Shown in pieces: positions 17,205 through 25,929 of a stretch of 64,000 nt of DNA. Position 1 is the stretch's first letter, and the number at the start of each line of letters is the position of its first letter. The stretch covers positions 62,001-126,000 of the IMG/VR virus record IMGVR_UViG_3300023184_000027. The stretch is one strand, 5' to 3'. The position numbers and the translations under genes were made by a program. The notes below the pieces were generated by a model that was not told where the DNA came from, did no database searches, and worked only from the letters and a program-made list of their open reading frames with translations.

Positions 17205-17609
17205 TTATTTAAGTATTAATAAGTATGTCGAAGTTATTATCCCAGCAAATGTTCCAGCTTTCCATAAAAAAGATTTAAATCTTTGACCGGTAAGTTCTTT
17301 ATGTAATTTATCTGATAATTCTTCAGATATTTTCAATTGCTCATCTTTTTTACCCAACATAAAATTATTATTAGAATCTTTCTCTTCTAATAATGAAATT
17401 TGGGTATCTTTTTGTTTTTCCCTTTCTTCGGTTTTAACTAATTTTTCTTGAGTTAATTTTAACTCAATGTCGCACCCATCACCCTTAATAATATCTTTAA
17501 TTACTAATTTAGCGATTGGTGTTTTAATTCTTACTTTCGTTGTATCTGTTTGTGAAAAACTGCTCAAGCTCGTTAGCAGTAAGAGTATCAACACTATTAA
17601 CTTTTTCAT
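17205..17609 (-). CDS. Signal-peptide, coiled-coil, C-terminally anchored protein (spanin-like candidate)
   Basis: MKKLIVLILLLLTSLSSFS-Q signal peptide, heptad-rich middle, C-terminal hydrophobic helix. Confidence 0.6.
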   Translation of the reverse strand: MKKLIVLILLLLTSLSSFSQTDTTKVRIKTPIAKLVIKDIIKGDGCDIELKLTQEKLVKTEEREKQKDTQISLLEEKDSNNNFMLGKKDEQLKISEELSDKLHKELTGQRFKSFLWKAGTFAGIITSTYLLILK

Positions 17610-17883
17610 TGGTTTGTTTTTTAATTATTGTTATATTATTATCTATGTGGTTAATATCTTTTGTTAAATTAACAACATTACCTTTAACAGAATCAATTTT
17701 AATATCAATACCTTCGTTAACTGATTTAGTTGAGTCAATTACCGTTTGTAAAGATTCTATTTTATCTTTATACAAGTTAACATCAGTTTTAATCCCGTTT
17801 GTTGTGAATATATTATACCCACACAAAACAACGACAATCACTAATAAAATATTCTGCTTATTATTACCAACAATATCTCCCAT
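17524..17883 (-). CDS. N-terminal TM plus coiled-coil protein (spanin-like candidate)
   Basis: ILLVIVVVLCGYNIF followed by coiled coil; overlaps the next gene by 86 nt. Confidence 0.6.
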   Translation of the reverse strand: MGDIVGNNKQNILLVIVVVLCGYNIFTTNGIKTDVNLYKDKIESLQTVIDSTKSVNEGIDIKIDSVKGNVVNLTKDINHIDNNITIIKKQTNEKVNSVDTLTANELEQFFTNRYNESKN

Positions 17884-17888
17884 TATTA

Positions 17889-18488
17889 TTATGTTTTAAT
17901 TGTTTTTTTTCTTGATGCTAAAATTTTAGCCCACTTTGATTTAAATTTTTCATAAAAAGTTTTTAACTTATTAATCATTTCTAAAAATTCGTCATCAGCC
18001 TTTATCATTTCACCATTAATATAAATACCACTTTCTTCACCAATTGATAAGAAAAAATCAACATCATAGTCAATTAATTTTCCCGACCACTCAACATTGT
18101 TTGGATAAATATTTAATTTGTTAAAATCTACTAAATCAGACACTTCAGCTATAAATTCATCCATTGTTTCTTGGAAAGCAATTTTTTCATCTGTAGTTAA
18201 TTCTAAATCTGTTTGTTCTTTACCGTGTAAAACTAAAATTCCACCTGAAATTCTATATCCTTGTGTTTTATCGTCTTTACTTTCATTATCATCTTCAATT
18301 GTATCTTCAACAGATTTAGTTACATCATATTTTTTAGTGATATCACCTGAAGACACTTCGGTTTCTTGTTCAGTAATTACACCATATTTTTGTCTAATAT
18401 TATTAATATCTTCATTAATGGTATCATTGGATAACATTTTTCTAGAAGCGTTAAGTAAATTTCTTATTTCATCATGTGAATTGTTCAT
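17889..18488 (-). CDS. Hypothetical protein
   Basis: 199-aa acidic ORF. Confidence 0.75.
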   Translation of the reverse strand: MNNSHDEIRNLLNASRKMLSNDTINEDINNIRQKYGVITEQETEVSSGDITKKYDVTKSVEDTIEDDNESKDDKTQGYRISGGILVLHGKEQTDLELTTDEKIAFQETMDEFIAEVSDLVDFNKLNIYPNNVEWSGKLIDYDVDFFLSIGEESGIYINGEMIKADDEFLEMINKLKTFYEKFKSKWAKILASRKKTIKT

Positions 18489-19077
18489 ATTCTATTTTTT
18501 TTAAAAATTCTTCAAAATTAAATGCGGGACTAACATCGGTAAAATTAGTATTAAAATTACTTTTAGTTACGATTCCACAATATTTTTCAATACCGGTTAT
18601 TTTTGTATTATGTTCGACTATTTGACGTTTAATTGACATATCTTTAAATAATTCATTACATAGTTTTGATGTACTATCAATCTGTACTGAAGTATAAGGT
18701 TGCCAAAAATAATAGTCTCTCCATTTTTTTTCAAACACATTACCCTTATAAATATCACCAATCCAGTTAACGTAATGATTAGTTAAAGGTTCTTTGTGTA
18801 ACCACCCTAAATTTTCTAAAGAAACAATTATAGAATTTCTATTTATATTGGGATTTGAGAAATAGTCGGAGTGCCCTTCATTCCCTAATAACTGTAGTAT
18901 TTTACCCTCTCTGGTTATAATATAATTGGGTATTCTGTTATATTTACCGTTATTTCTATATTTTAATAATTGTAAATAATCGTTAATATTTCTTGAAGTG
19001 TGAGTTAGAATTATTTGATATTTCTTTTTTTGTTTTCCTTTAGGTTTAAAATCACCATAATTAATAATGTCCACCAT
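18472..19077 (-). CDS. Amidase_2 (AmpD/PGRP)-fold protein, Zn ligands apparently degenerate
   Basis: IILTHTS...PNYIITREGKILQLL...NINRNSIIVSLENLG...YTSVQIDSTSKLC...GIVTKSN..TDVSPAF follows the N-acetylmuramoyl-L-alanine amidase pattern. Confidence 0.75.
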   Translation of the reverse strand: MVDIINYGDFKPKGKQKKKYQIILTHTSRNINDYLQLLKYRNNGKYNRIPNYIITREGKILQLLGNEGHSDYFSNPNINRNSIIVSLENLGWLHKEPLTNHYVNWIGDIYKGNVFEKKWRDYYFWQPYTSVQIDSTSKLCNELFKDMSIKRQIVEHNTKITGIEKYCGIVTKSNFNTNFTDVSPAFNFEEFLKKIEYEQFT

Positions 19078-19104
19078 ATAATATAATGTAAAAAATTTAT
19101 TTGG

Positions 19105-20094
19105 TTATGATGTTTTTACATAACTTAATCTAACAATATCGTCAACAACTTCCTCGATTGGTTCTTCAACGACATCTTCTATTGGTTCTTCAACGACATC
19201 TTCTATTGGTTCCTCTACGACATCTTCTATTGGTTCTTCAACGACATCTTCTATTGGTTCCTCTACGACATCTTCTATTGGTTCCTCTACGACATCTTCT
19301 ATTGGTTCCTCTACGACATCTTCTATTGGTTCCTCTACGACATCTTCTATTGGTTCTTCAACAACTTCATCTATTGGTTCCTCTACAACATCTTCTATTA
19401 GTTCCTCTACGACATCTTCTATTGGTTCCTCTACGACATCTTCTATTGGTTCTTCAACAACTTCTTCTATTAATTCCTCAATTGGTTCATCTATTGGTTC
19501 TTCAATAACATCTGATTGTACAACATTACTCATATAATCCAATTCAGTTATAGTAAATTCATCAATTATAATATCTGAAGATTCTTCAATAACATTAACA
19601 GGCATCACATCTTTATTATTTTCATCAATTAATTCATCATATTTTACAAAAAAATGTAAAGATGTTAATGATATAATTGGTAATAAACCACCACTTAAAA
19701 AGGCTAACCATCTTTTTAATGATACTATATCAGTAAGGTCTGAACCAAACATTTCCCATATAGGCCCTGTCAACTCTACCCACGACTTAAATAACACACT
19801 ATTAGCATCAATCTCTTTATAGGAGAAGAATATATTACCAATCATTTGTATGAAAGTCACCATTCCAAACATAAACCAAACACCACCTTTAATTTTATTT
19901 GTGGCTGCCAACAAAGCTGTCATAGCACCTATTTCAATAGCGATTGATAAATATATTGCCCAACTAATTGGATTTGTTAAATTATACCACGAAACAACGT
20001 GTGATATTGATATTCCAGCAACCAAAAAAATTGGTACTAAAAACATAGCTCTGATTGGATGAGCCTTAACCCATTCTAAAATTATTTTATTCAT
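19105..20094 (-). CDS. Multi-pass membrane protein with a long acidic EEPIEDVV repeat tail
   Basis: About four hydrophobic helices in the first 150 aa, then about 14 octapeptide repeats. Confidence 0.8.
   Translation of the reverse strand: MNKIILEWVKAHPIRAMFLVPIFLVAGISISHVVSWYNLTNPISWAIYLSIAIEIGAMTALLAATNKIKGGVWFMFGMVTFIQMIGNIFFSYKEIDANSVLFKSWVELTGPIWEMFGSDLTDIVSLKRWLAFLSGGLLPIISLTSLHFFVKYDELIDENNKDVMPVNVIEESSDIIIDEFTITELDYMSNVVQSDVIEEPIDEPIEELIEEVVEEPIEDVVEEPIEDVVEELIEDVVEEPIDEVVEEPIEDVVEEPIEDVVEEPIEDVVEEPIEDVVEEPIEDVVEEPIEDVVEEPIEDVVEEPIEDVVEEPIEEVVDDIVRLSYVKTS
19150..19500. repeat. 24-nt tandem repeat (tcttctattggttc(c/t)tc(t/a)acgaca), about 14 copies
   Basis: Read directly from the sequence. 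Confidence 0.9.
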
Positions 20095-20360
20095 TTCTCT
20101 ATTTTAGAAATTTCTTTATCAATCTCCGATTGTCTATTAACATCCATAATTTTTCTATCAGTAGATTGAATCATTCTTTTTTCAGTTTTTAAACCTTCAA
20201 TTTTAATTTCTCTTTTTAAATTAACATCTAACAATTCAACGTTTTTAGTTAATTTTTCAATTTTAGTGTTAGTACCACAAGTTTTAAAAAAAACAATTAC
20301 CACCAGTAATGTCATTATTCTAATACCCCAAGCGTCGATAAAATTTAATATTGTTTTCAT
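20091..20360 (-). CDS. Small TM/coiled-coil protein, possible lipoprotein (FFKTC)
   Basis: Hydrophobic helix ending in Cys, then coiled coil; ATGA overlap with the next gene. Confidence 0.65.
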   Translation of the reverse strand: MKTILNFIDAWGIRIMTLLVVIVFFKTCGTNTKIEKLTKNVELLDVNLKREIKIEGLKTEKRMIQSTDRKIMDVNRQSEIDKEISKIEK

Positions 20361-20389
20361 AATTTTTAAATAAGTTTTACTATAAATGT

Positions 20390-20421
20390 AAAAAACCTTC
20401 TATCATAATAAATAGAAGGTT
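20390..20421 (-). terminator. Intrinsic terminator after the sigma gene
   Basis: 10-bp stem AACCTTCTAT/ATAGAAGGTT plus a T-run. Confidence 0.75.
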
Positions 20422-20430
20422 TCTTTTTTT

Positions 20431-21231
20431 TTACATATAATCGAAAAGTATCGAGCTTTCATTCCTTAATTTTCTTAAGGCTTTCTCCTTAATCTGCCTC
20501 ACTCTTTCTTTAGTGAGATTAAAATCCCCACCAATGTCTTCTAAAGTCCTTGGAGTACCTGTCAGTCCAAAATAATCACCAACAATAGTTTTTTCTCGAT
20601 TATCTAAAACATCTAATAAAGAAATTAATTGTTTTTTTAATTCATCTTTAGTGTTAAAGATTGCGTCCGGCATATCCGCCTGTTCATTCTTTATAATATC
20701 AACCAAAGTATCACCATCCTCATTAATACTCATATCTAAATCAACAATAGATGGTAAATTTTGAAACTTATCCGAAAGTTTACCCCCATTAGACTCTATT
20801 TCTTTTTTAGCTCTCTGTAAATCCTGAACAACATTAACCGGAAGTCTAATAGTTCTAGCATTATCATTTAATGATTGGAGGATGGATTGTTTAACCCACC
20901 ACACAGCGTATGATATAAATCTTAAATCTCTAGACCAATCAAAATGATTAATGGCTTTCATAAGACCTAAATTACCCTCAGCAATTAAATCGGGAAAGTC
21001 TAACCCTTGGTTTTGATATTGTTTTGCCACGGTAATAACAAAACGCAAATTTCCCTCAAGTAATTCTTTATTAATTGATTTCAATTCTTTTTCCGTTAGA
21101 TTACCCGAACTAATCATTTTTGATAACTCCCTTTCCCTGTCTGGAGTCATCACTTTAATTTTACGAATGTCCTTTAAATACAATTGTATTTCTTCTTGAT
21201 TAATAGGAATCCCCGAATTTTTTTCTTTCAT
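20431..21231 (-). CDS. Sigma-70 family factor resembling the Bacteroidetes primary sigma (no region 1.1)
   Basis: NLRFVITVAKQYQNQG, DLIAEGNLGLMKA, FISYAVWWVKQSI, RTIRLPVN, and region 4 TLEDIGGDFNLTKERVRQIKEKALRKLR. Start MKEKNSG at 21231 preferred. Confidence 0.95.
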   Translation of the reverse strand: MKEKNSGIPINQEEIQLYLKDIRKIKVMTPDRERELSKMISSGNLTEKELKSINKELLEGNLRFVITVAKQYQNQGLDFPDLIAEGNLGLMKAINHFDWSRDLRFISYAVWWVKQSILQSLNDNARTIRLPVNVVQDLQRAKKEIESNGGKLSDKFQNLPSIVDLDMSINEDGDTLVDIIKNEQADMPDAIFNTKDELKKQLISLLDVLDNREKTIVGDYFGLTGTPRTLEDIGGDFNLTKERVRQIKEKALRKLRNESSILFDYM

Positions 21232-21232
21232 A

Positions 21233-21799
21233 TTATTTTGAGTATTGATTAAGTAATTGTAATTCTTCTTTTGATAATGATTCAATTCCCGCGTCCGCTA
21301 ATTTATCAAATAATTCATCAAATGTTGGTTTTCTTTTTTTATTTTTAAGTTTACTAATATCGTCATCTTCATCTTCATCAACAAATTCAGAAAAATCTAA
21401 AAAGAAGTCAGTTCTAATGTTATTCATTAACATATTTCGTACCTCATAGTCATTTTCATCACATATTTTGTTTTTACCTGACATATAGTCATTAACACCA
21501 TCGTTAAATAGATGTTTAGCAACTTCATCTGGTAATCCGTATGACAAATTGTCATCTGTGTATGGTAATAAAATATAACTTATTGTGTCATAATCTAATA
21601 TCATATCAACATAGTCTTTAACATCCAAATAGGAATCTAAAGTTGAGATTGTGTACACTGTTGATTCCGGTCCAAAGTAAAAATTGACCTTTGGAACATC
21701 CGAAAGAACACTTAATTCTTCAGCAATTTGTTCTGCGAATTCTTGGGGGTTGTCGTTTTTTGTAAATACAAATAAAATGTATTTGGTTAAGTTCTCCAT
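21233..21799 (-). CDS. Hypothetical protein
   Basis: 188-aa ORF; TACATTTG (-7-like element) at 21838-21831. Confidence 0.75.
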   Translation of the reverse strand: MENLTKYILFVFTKNDNPQEFAEQIAEELSVLSDVPKVNFYFGPESTVYTISTLDSYLDVKDYVDMILDYDTISYILLPYTDDNLSYGLPDEVAKHLFNDGVNDYMSGKNKICDENDYEVRNMLMNNIRTDFFLDFSEFVDEDEDDDISKLKNKKRKPTFDELFDKLADAGIESLSKEELQLLNQYSK

Positions 21800-21917
21800 A
21801 TGTTATACGTTTAAGTTATAAATTATGTTACAAATGTAGTGAAATTATTTAGATATACTTAATAATTAGATAAAATTTTTTTCTTCCATAGGGTTATGAG
21901 TCATAACAAATAAATTA

Positions 21918-22607
21918 TTATAAATAAGTATCTGAATTAAACACTCTAACGTTTTCTGAGGTATGTTTTGAAAAGGATAATAAATCTTCTTTAGTATATG
22001 AATCGCCATCAATTAAAACAAAAAATGATATGTTTTCATTAGGGTTTGATTCACAAAATTTTAAAGATGACTTTAAAAATTGAACTATTTCGGATTTAGC
22101 ACTATTTTGTCCCCCACCTTGGTTAAAGGTTGTTTTTCCTAACCCATAATCAATATACCCATTTTCTTTTTCAACTTTATAATCAAAACTTCGAGAAGTT
22201 TCCCCTTCTATTTTTTTATACGTAAGTTTTGTCGAATTTTTACTGAATCTAGGTCCAATAGAATTACTCATTTTTTCAATTTTAACTCCCTTAGACTTTA
22301 AATGTTCTATTTGAACTTTTTCACTGATATTTTGTCGGGTTATTTCAATGGCAAATTGAACAATTGCATATGCATTTTTAACGGTTGTAATATCTATCAA
22401 AACATCGTTTACTACCTTATCAAGGTAGTTTTTTTTAATGTAGTTTTCAATTTTAACCAACAAGTTTTTTTGTGGTTTAGTTTTACCAATACCTCCGTTG
22501 TTCAATATTTGTTGAGACCACTTTACAACATTTTTTTGGTTTTCTTTAACTTTTAATTTGTGGGTATTCCAATATCTATCGGAATGTGTTAATATCTCTG
22601 TCTTCAT
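21918..22607 (-). CDS. Probable type II restriction endonuclease (PD-(D/E)xK-like)
   Basis: RQNISE...SFDY...GKTTFNQGGGQN...FVLIDGDSY resembles the K-x-T-x-x-x-GGAQDNQ family of MTase-linked endonucleases as I recall it; lies directly downstream of an MTase. Confidence 0.55.
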   Translation of the reverse strand: MKTEILTHSDRYWNTHKLKVKENQKNVVKWSQQILNNGGIGKTKPQKNLLVKIENYIKKNYLDKVVNDVLIDITTVKNAYAIVQFAIEITRQNISEKVQIEHLKSKGVKIEKMSNSIGPRFSKNSTKLTYKKIEGETSRSFDYKVEKENGYIDYGLGKTTFNQGGGQNSAKSEIVQFLKSSLKFCESNPNENISFFVLIDGDSYTKEDLLSFSKHTSENVRVFNSDTYL

Positions 22608-22620
22608 CTCATTTTTTTTA

Positions 22621-22652
22621 CAAAACTACAAAAATAAATTTAAAGAATCAAA
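22621..22652 (-). promoter_or_regulatory. Bacteroidetes-type promoter TTTG-N20-TAGTTTTG
   Basis: TTTG at 22652-22649 and TAGTTTTG at 22628-22621, just upstream of the endonuclease ATG. Confidence 0.7.
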
Positions 22653-23517
22653 TTTTTTTATTTAAACTTTCTTTGGTTATGTAATTATTTAATATGGTTT
22701 CATCTTTTACAACCTCTATTAATCTTCTATCACAAATACTACAATAAGTAAAATCTAGTTCAGAACCAATCCAATTTCTCCCCAATTGTATTGATAACTT
22801 AGCGGTAGTTCCTGAACCCATAAAAGGGTCATATACTAAATCATCTTCTTTAGTCCACGTAATAATATGTTTTGCCGCCAATTCTTCCGGAAAAATTGCG
22901 GGATGTTCAAACGCCACAATATCTTTAGTAGACTTATTCATCCCATTTTTAATTAACCATATATTATTCTCAATACCATATTCATTAACCGGTTTACCAT
23001 TAAACCCTGGAATCATTTCACCATCCGCGTTTCTAAATTTCCTTGAATTCCTTACCGCTCCTGCTGTAATATTTTTCTTCATAATTGGGTTAAAAGTGTT
23101 TGGTTTACCTTTTGAGAAAACAAACATATATTCAAAAGTCTGATTATATCTAGTCTTTTGTGGAAAAGGTGTTCCAGTTTTTTGATATATCATTGTATCA
23201 TACAAATCAAACCCACATTTTTTAAAAAAAAGTGCTTGTCTAAAAGAAGTTCCGGTTTCACTACCTTTATTTGTCGCATCACCCACAACCCAAACAACTA
23301 CACCGCCATTTTTAGTTATTCTAAATAATTCTTTTGCAATATCTTCAAACGGAAATGAATACCCATTAAATTCTGTTTTATTTCCACTTAAATGGGTATT
23401 GTAAGTCCTTAAATCGTCATAAGGTGGAGATGTTAAAGTTAAATCTATTAACCCATCATTTATTTTAGACATAGTTATTAAACAGTCTTCATTATATATT
23501 TTGTTATATTCTATCAT
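22648..23517 (-). CDS. Beta-class N4-cytosine/N6-adenine DNA methyltransferase
   Basis: TSPPY (motif IV, SPPY suggests m4C) precedes HPAIFP and YDPFMGSGTT (motif I). Confidence 0.92.
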   Translation of the reverse strand: MIEYNKIYNEDCLITMSKINDGLIDLTLTSPPYDDLRTYNTHLSGNKTEFNGYSFPFEDIAKELFRITKNGGVVVWVVGDATNKGSETGTSFRQALFFKKCGFDLYDTMIYQKTGTPFPQKTRYNQTFEYMFVFSKGKPNTFNPIMKKNITAGAVRNSRKFRNADGEMIPGFNGKPVNEYGIENNIWLIKNGMNKSTKDIVAFEHPAIFPEELAAKHIITWTKEDDLVYDPFMGSGTTAKLSIQLGRNWIGSELDFTYCSICDRRLIEVVKDETILNNYITKESLNKKI

Positions 23518-23554
23518 ATATCAATTATAGGTATTTTGATTTATTTATTCAACC

Positions 23555-25924
23555 TTATTGAGAAACATAACTAATATTTTCCTCTTTTTTAATCCTGACC
23601 ACATTGTCCGCCCAATTAGTAACTAATGGGTTATGTGTGATAACAAATATCTTATCAAAATACTCTTTAATCTTAGTAAAGAACTCTGATATCATATCTA
23701 AATTGTCGTTGGATACTTTCCCAAACACCTCATCAAACACCACAACATTCGCTCTTGGTAATGAACAGATTTTACTCAACACCGCTCTCAACGCTAGTGA
23801 AGCGATTGACCTTTCATATCCGGACCCGGATGCCATTGGTTTTTCAATTTGAGTGTTGTTATCAATCATAAGGAAATCCACCTCATTCTTGTCGTTAATC
23901 TTAACCTCTAACCTAAAGTGACAACTATCCTCCAATAACCTTTGAAGTTCACTATTAATAAGTGGCATCATTGTTTTCATTATAAGTTTTGTCACCCCAT
24001 TCTTACCGAAGATTTCCAAATATATTTTATAGATTCGTTCTCTCTCGGCTTCTTCCCCAATTTTTCTAATTGTCTCCAAGTTAGATGTTATATTGGTTGT
24101 AAGATTGGTTATTGTAAATTTATTGTTAGAGATACTGGTTTCTATAGTTTTTTTCTCACCTTCAAGTTCATCTATTCTAATTCCGGCTTTGATTAACAAT
24201 CCATCGGTTTTATTATTTTCAATAACCTTATCCTGAACTTCGGTATATCTTTCCAATTTGGTTTTCAACGCCTCAATCATCAGCTGGAATCTCTCAACAC
24301 TTAATTCGTATTTTTCTTTGATAAGTTTGTTTTTTTCATACTCATCAAATTCTTTTTTAAGATTAACAAATCCGAGTTCTTTGCTGGTTAAATCACGCAT
24401 TAACCCCTCTAATTCCCCTTTGTGCGTGATAAACCCCGCAAGCTCCCCAATTTTTGCATTGGTAATTGCGGCGTTCATAAGTTCAATACCGCAATGCTCA
24501 CATTTGATTCCACCATCAACGGAACTCTTAAGTTCCTCAATGTTTTTAATCTTTGCGTTGTTATCGGCTTGTTTGGTAATTAAATCTTTAATTTCTTGTT
24601 TTACCTCATCGTGTTTATCCTCGTGGTAAAATTCGGATGGTTCAACAACTTTAACCCCATCTCTATCAGAAACTGATTTAGATTTTTGTGTCTCCAACCC
24701 ATTAATCTCTTCTTGAACTTTATCCGGAGATACCATTGTTAATTCCTTATCAATATTGTGTTTGGAATTTAATAACCCATCACGATACTGTTGACCTTTA
24801 AGAATCCTTTCTTTAGTATCAGCCAATTGACCATCCAATGTAAGATTAGTTTCCGTTAGATTATCAATTGTGTCTTGACTGGTTTGGTTATCCGTTTTAA
24901 GTTGTTCCGAGTTATAAATGTTTGATAACATTCCTTTGGAAAATTCACTATAAATTTCTTTGGCGGCTTCTTCCTTACGCTTAAGAAAATCTAACCCCAT
25001 AAATCTTGAGAGAACCTGACCCCTCGCTGTGGGTTTGGCATCAATTAGTTCTTCCAAGTTAGTGGCAGTGGTTAGGATGGTCATTAAGAAGTCCTCTTTA
25101 GTCCCGATAGATGTTTTGATAAACGCCTCGGTTTCTCTTCGTTGTTCCCCGGTGAAGTTCTGCAAACTACCATCAGACAATCTTTTATAAAAGTCCAACT
25201 CGGTCTTAACCGTCCATTCATTCTTCTTTGATAACTTTCTCTCAATATTTCTCAATATGATATACTCATCACCATCAATTGTAATTTCACCCTTTACAGC
25301 AACTTTATTTCTTTCGGTGAATCTATTAAATATCTCCTCAGCTTTTGATGTCTTAGTTGTCTCATTAAAGAATAAGAACATAAGTAAATCCACGGTAAGA
25401 ACTGTCTTACCTCCAAAATTAGGTGGGTTTGATTCCACAACCGTAATACCATCACACTTCTCAAAATCTATCTTCTGATTCTCACCATAAGATAGGAAGT
25501 TTGAGAACTCAATGTTTTTAATATACCATCGTTTAAATGGTGCCGCATCGGTTTGGGTCATTGATAATCTATTATCCACCGCACTATTAAGTTGGTAGAT
25601 ATCGTCATAATGTCCAATATTCCCTTTTGACTCCAAGAATGAACGAACTAACTCTAATTGATAGTTCTCATCTAAAATGTTAAAGGAGATGTCTACGGTA
25701 TGTGTGGTGTCGTCAGCAACCTTTGTTTTTGTAATAACATTAACATTGGTTGTTTCATACTTCTTTTGGAAGTAATGACGAACACTCTTTATCTTTTCTT
25801 GTGTAAAATTCTCGGCATAATCCTCCCACACAATCTGTAGGTAAGGATTATCCAAGTTTGTGATATCTAAATCTTTTATCATTATTGTATAATTAAATTC
25901 TATTGCGGGATTAAATAAATCCAT
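23555..25924 (-). CDS. sbcC: SbcC/Rad50 (gp46-like) ATPase with a ~120-aa N-terminal extension
   Basis: NFLSYG, NFGGKT Walker A, CEHCG zinc hook, SGYE signature, VVFDEVFG Walker B, VITHN. Confidence 0.92.
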   Translation of the reverse strand: MDLFNPAIEFNYTIMIKDLDITNLDNPYLQIVWEDYAENFTQEKIKSVRHYFQKKYETTNVNVITKTKVADDTTHTVDISFNILDENYQLELVRSFLESKGNIGHYDDIYQLNSAVDNRLSMTQTDAAPFKRWYIKNIEFSNFLSYGENQKIDFEKCDGITVVESNPPNFGGKTVLTVDLLMFLFFNETTKTSKAEEIFNRFTERNKVAVKGEITIDGDEYIILRNIERKLSKKNEWTVKTELDFYKRLSDGSLQNFTGEQRRETEAFIKTSIGTKEDFLMTILTTATNLEELIDAKPTARGQVLSRFMGLDFLKRKEEAAKEIYSEFSKGMLSNIYNSEQLKTDNQTSQDTIDNLTETNLTLDGQLADTKERILKGQQYRDGLLNSKHNIDKELTMVSPDKVQEEINGLETQKSKSVSDRDGVKVVEPSEFYHEDKHDEVKQEIKDLITKQADNNAKIKNIEELKSSVDGGIKCEHCGIELMNAAITNAKIGELAGFITHKGELEGLMRDLTSKELGFVNLKKEFDEYEKNKLIKEKYELSVERFQLMIEALKTKLERYTEVQDKVIENNKTDGLLIKAGIRIDELEGEKKTIETSISNNKFTITNLTTNITSNLETIRKIGEEAERERIYKIYLEIFGKNGVTKLIMKTMMPLINSELQRLLEDSCHFRLEVKINDKNEVDFLMIDNNTQIEKPMASGSGYERSIASLALRAVLSKICSLPRANVVVFDEVFGKVSNDNLDMISEFFTKIKEYFDKIFVITHNPLVTNWADNVVRIKKEENISYVSQ

Positions 25925-25929
25925 ATTTT

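Noticed and set aside
19158-19508. 116-aa plus-strand ORF (LQRHLLLV repeats)
   Set aside because: Antisense shadow of the EEPIEDVV repeat.
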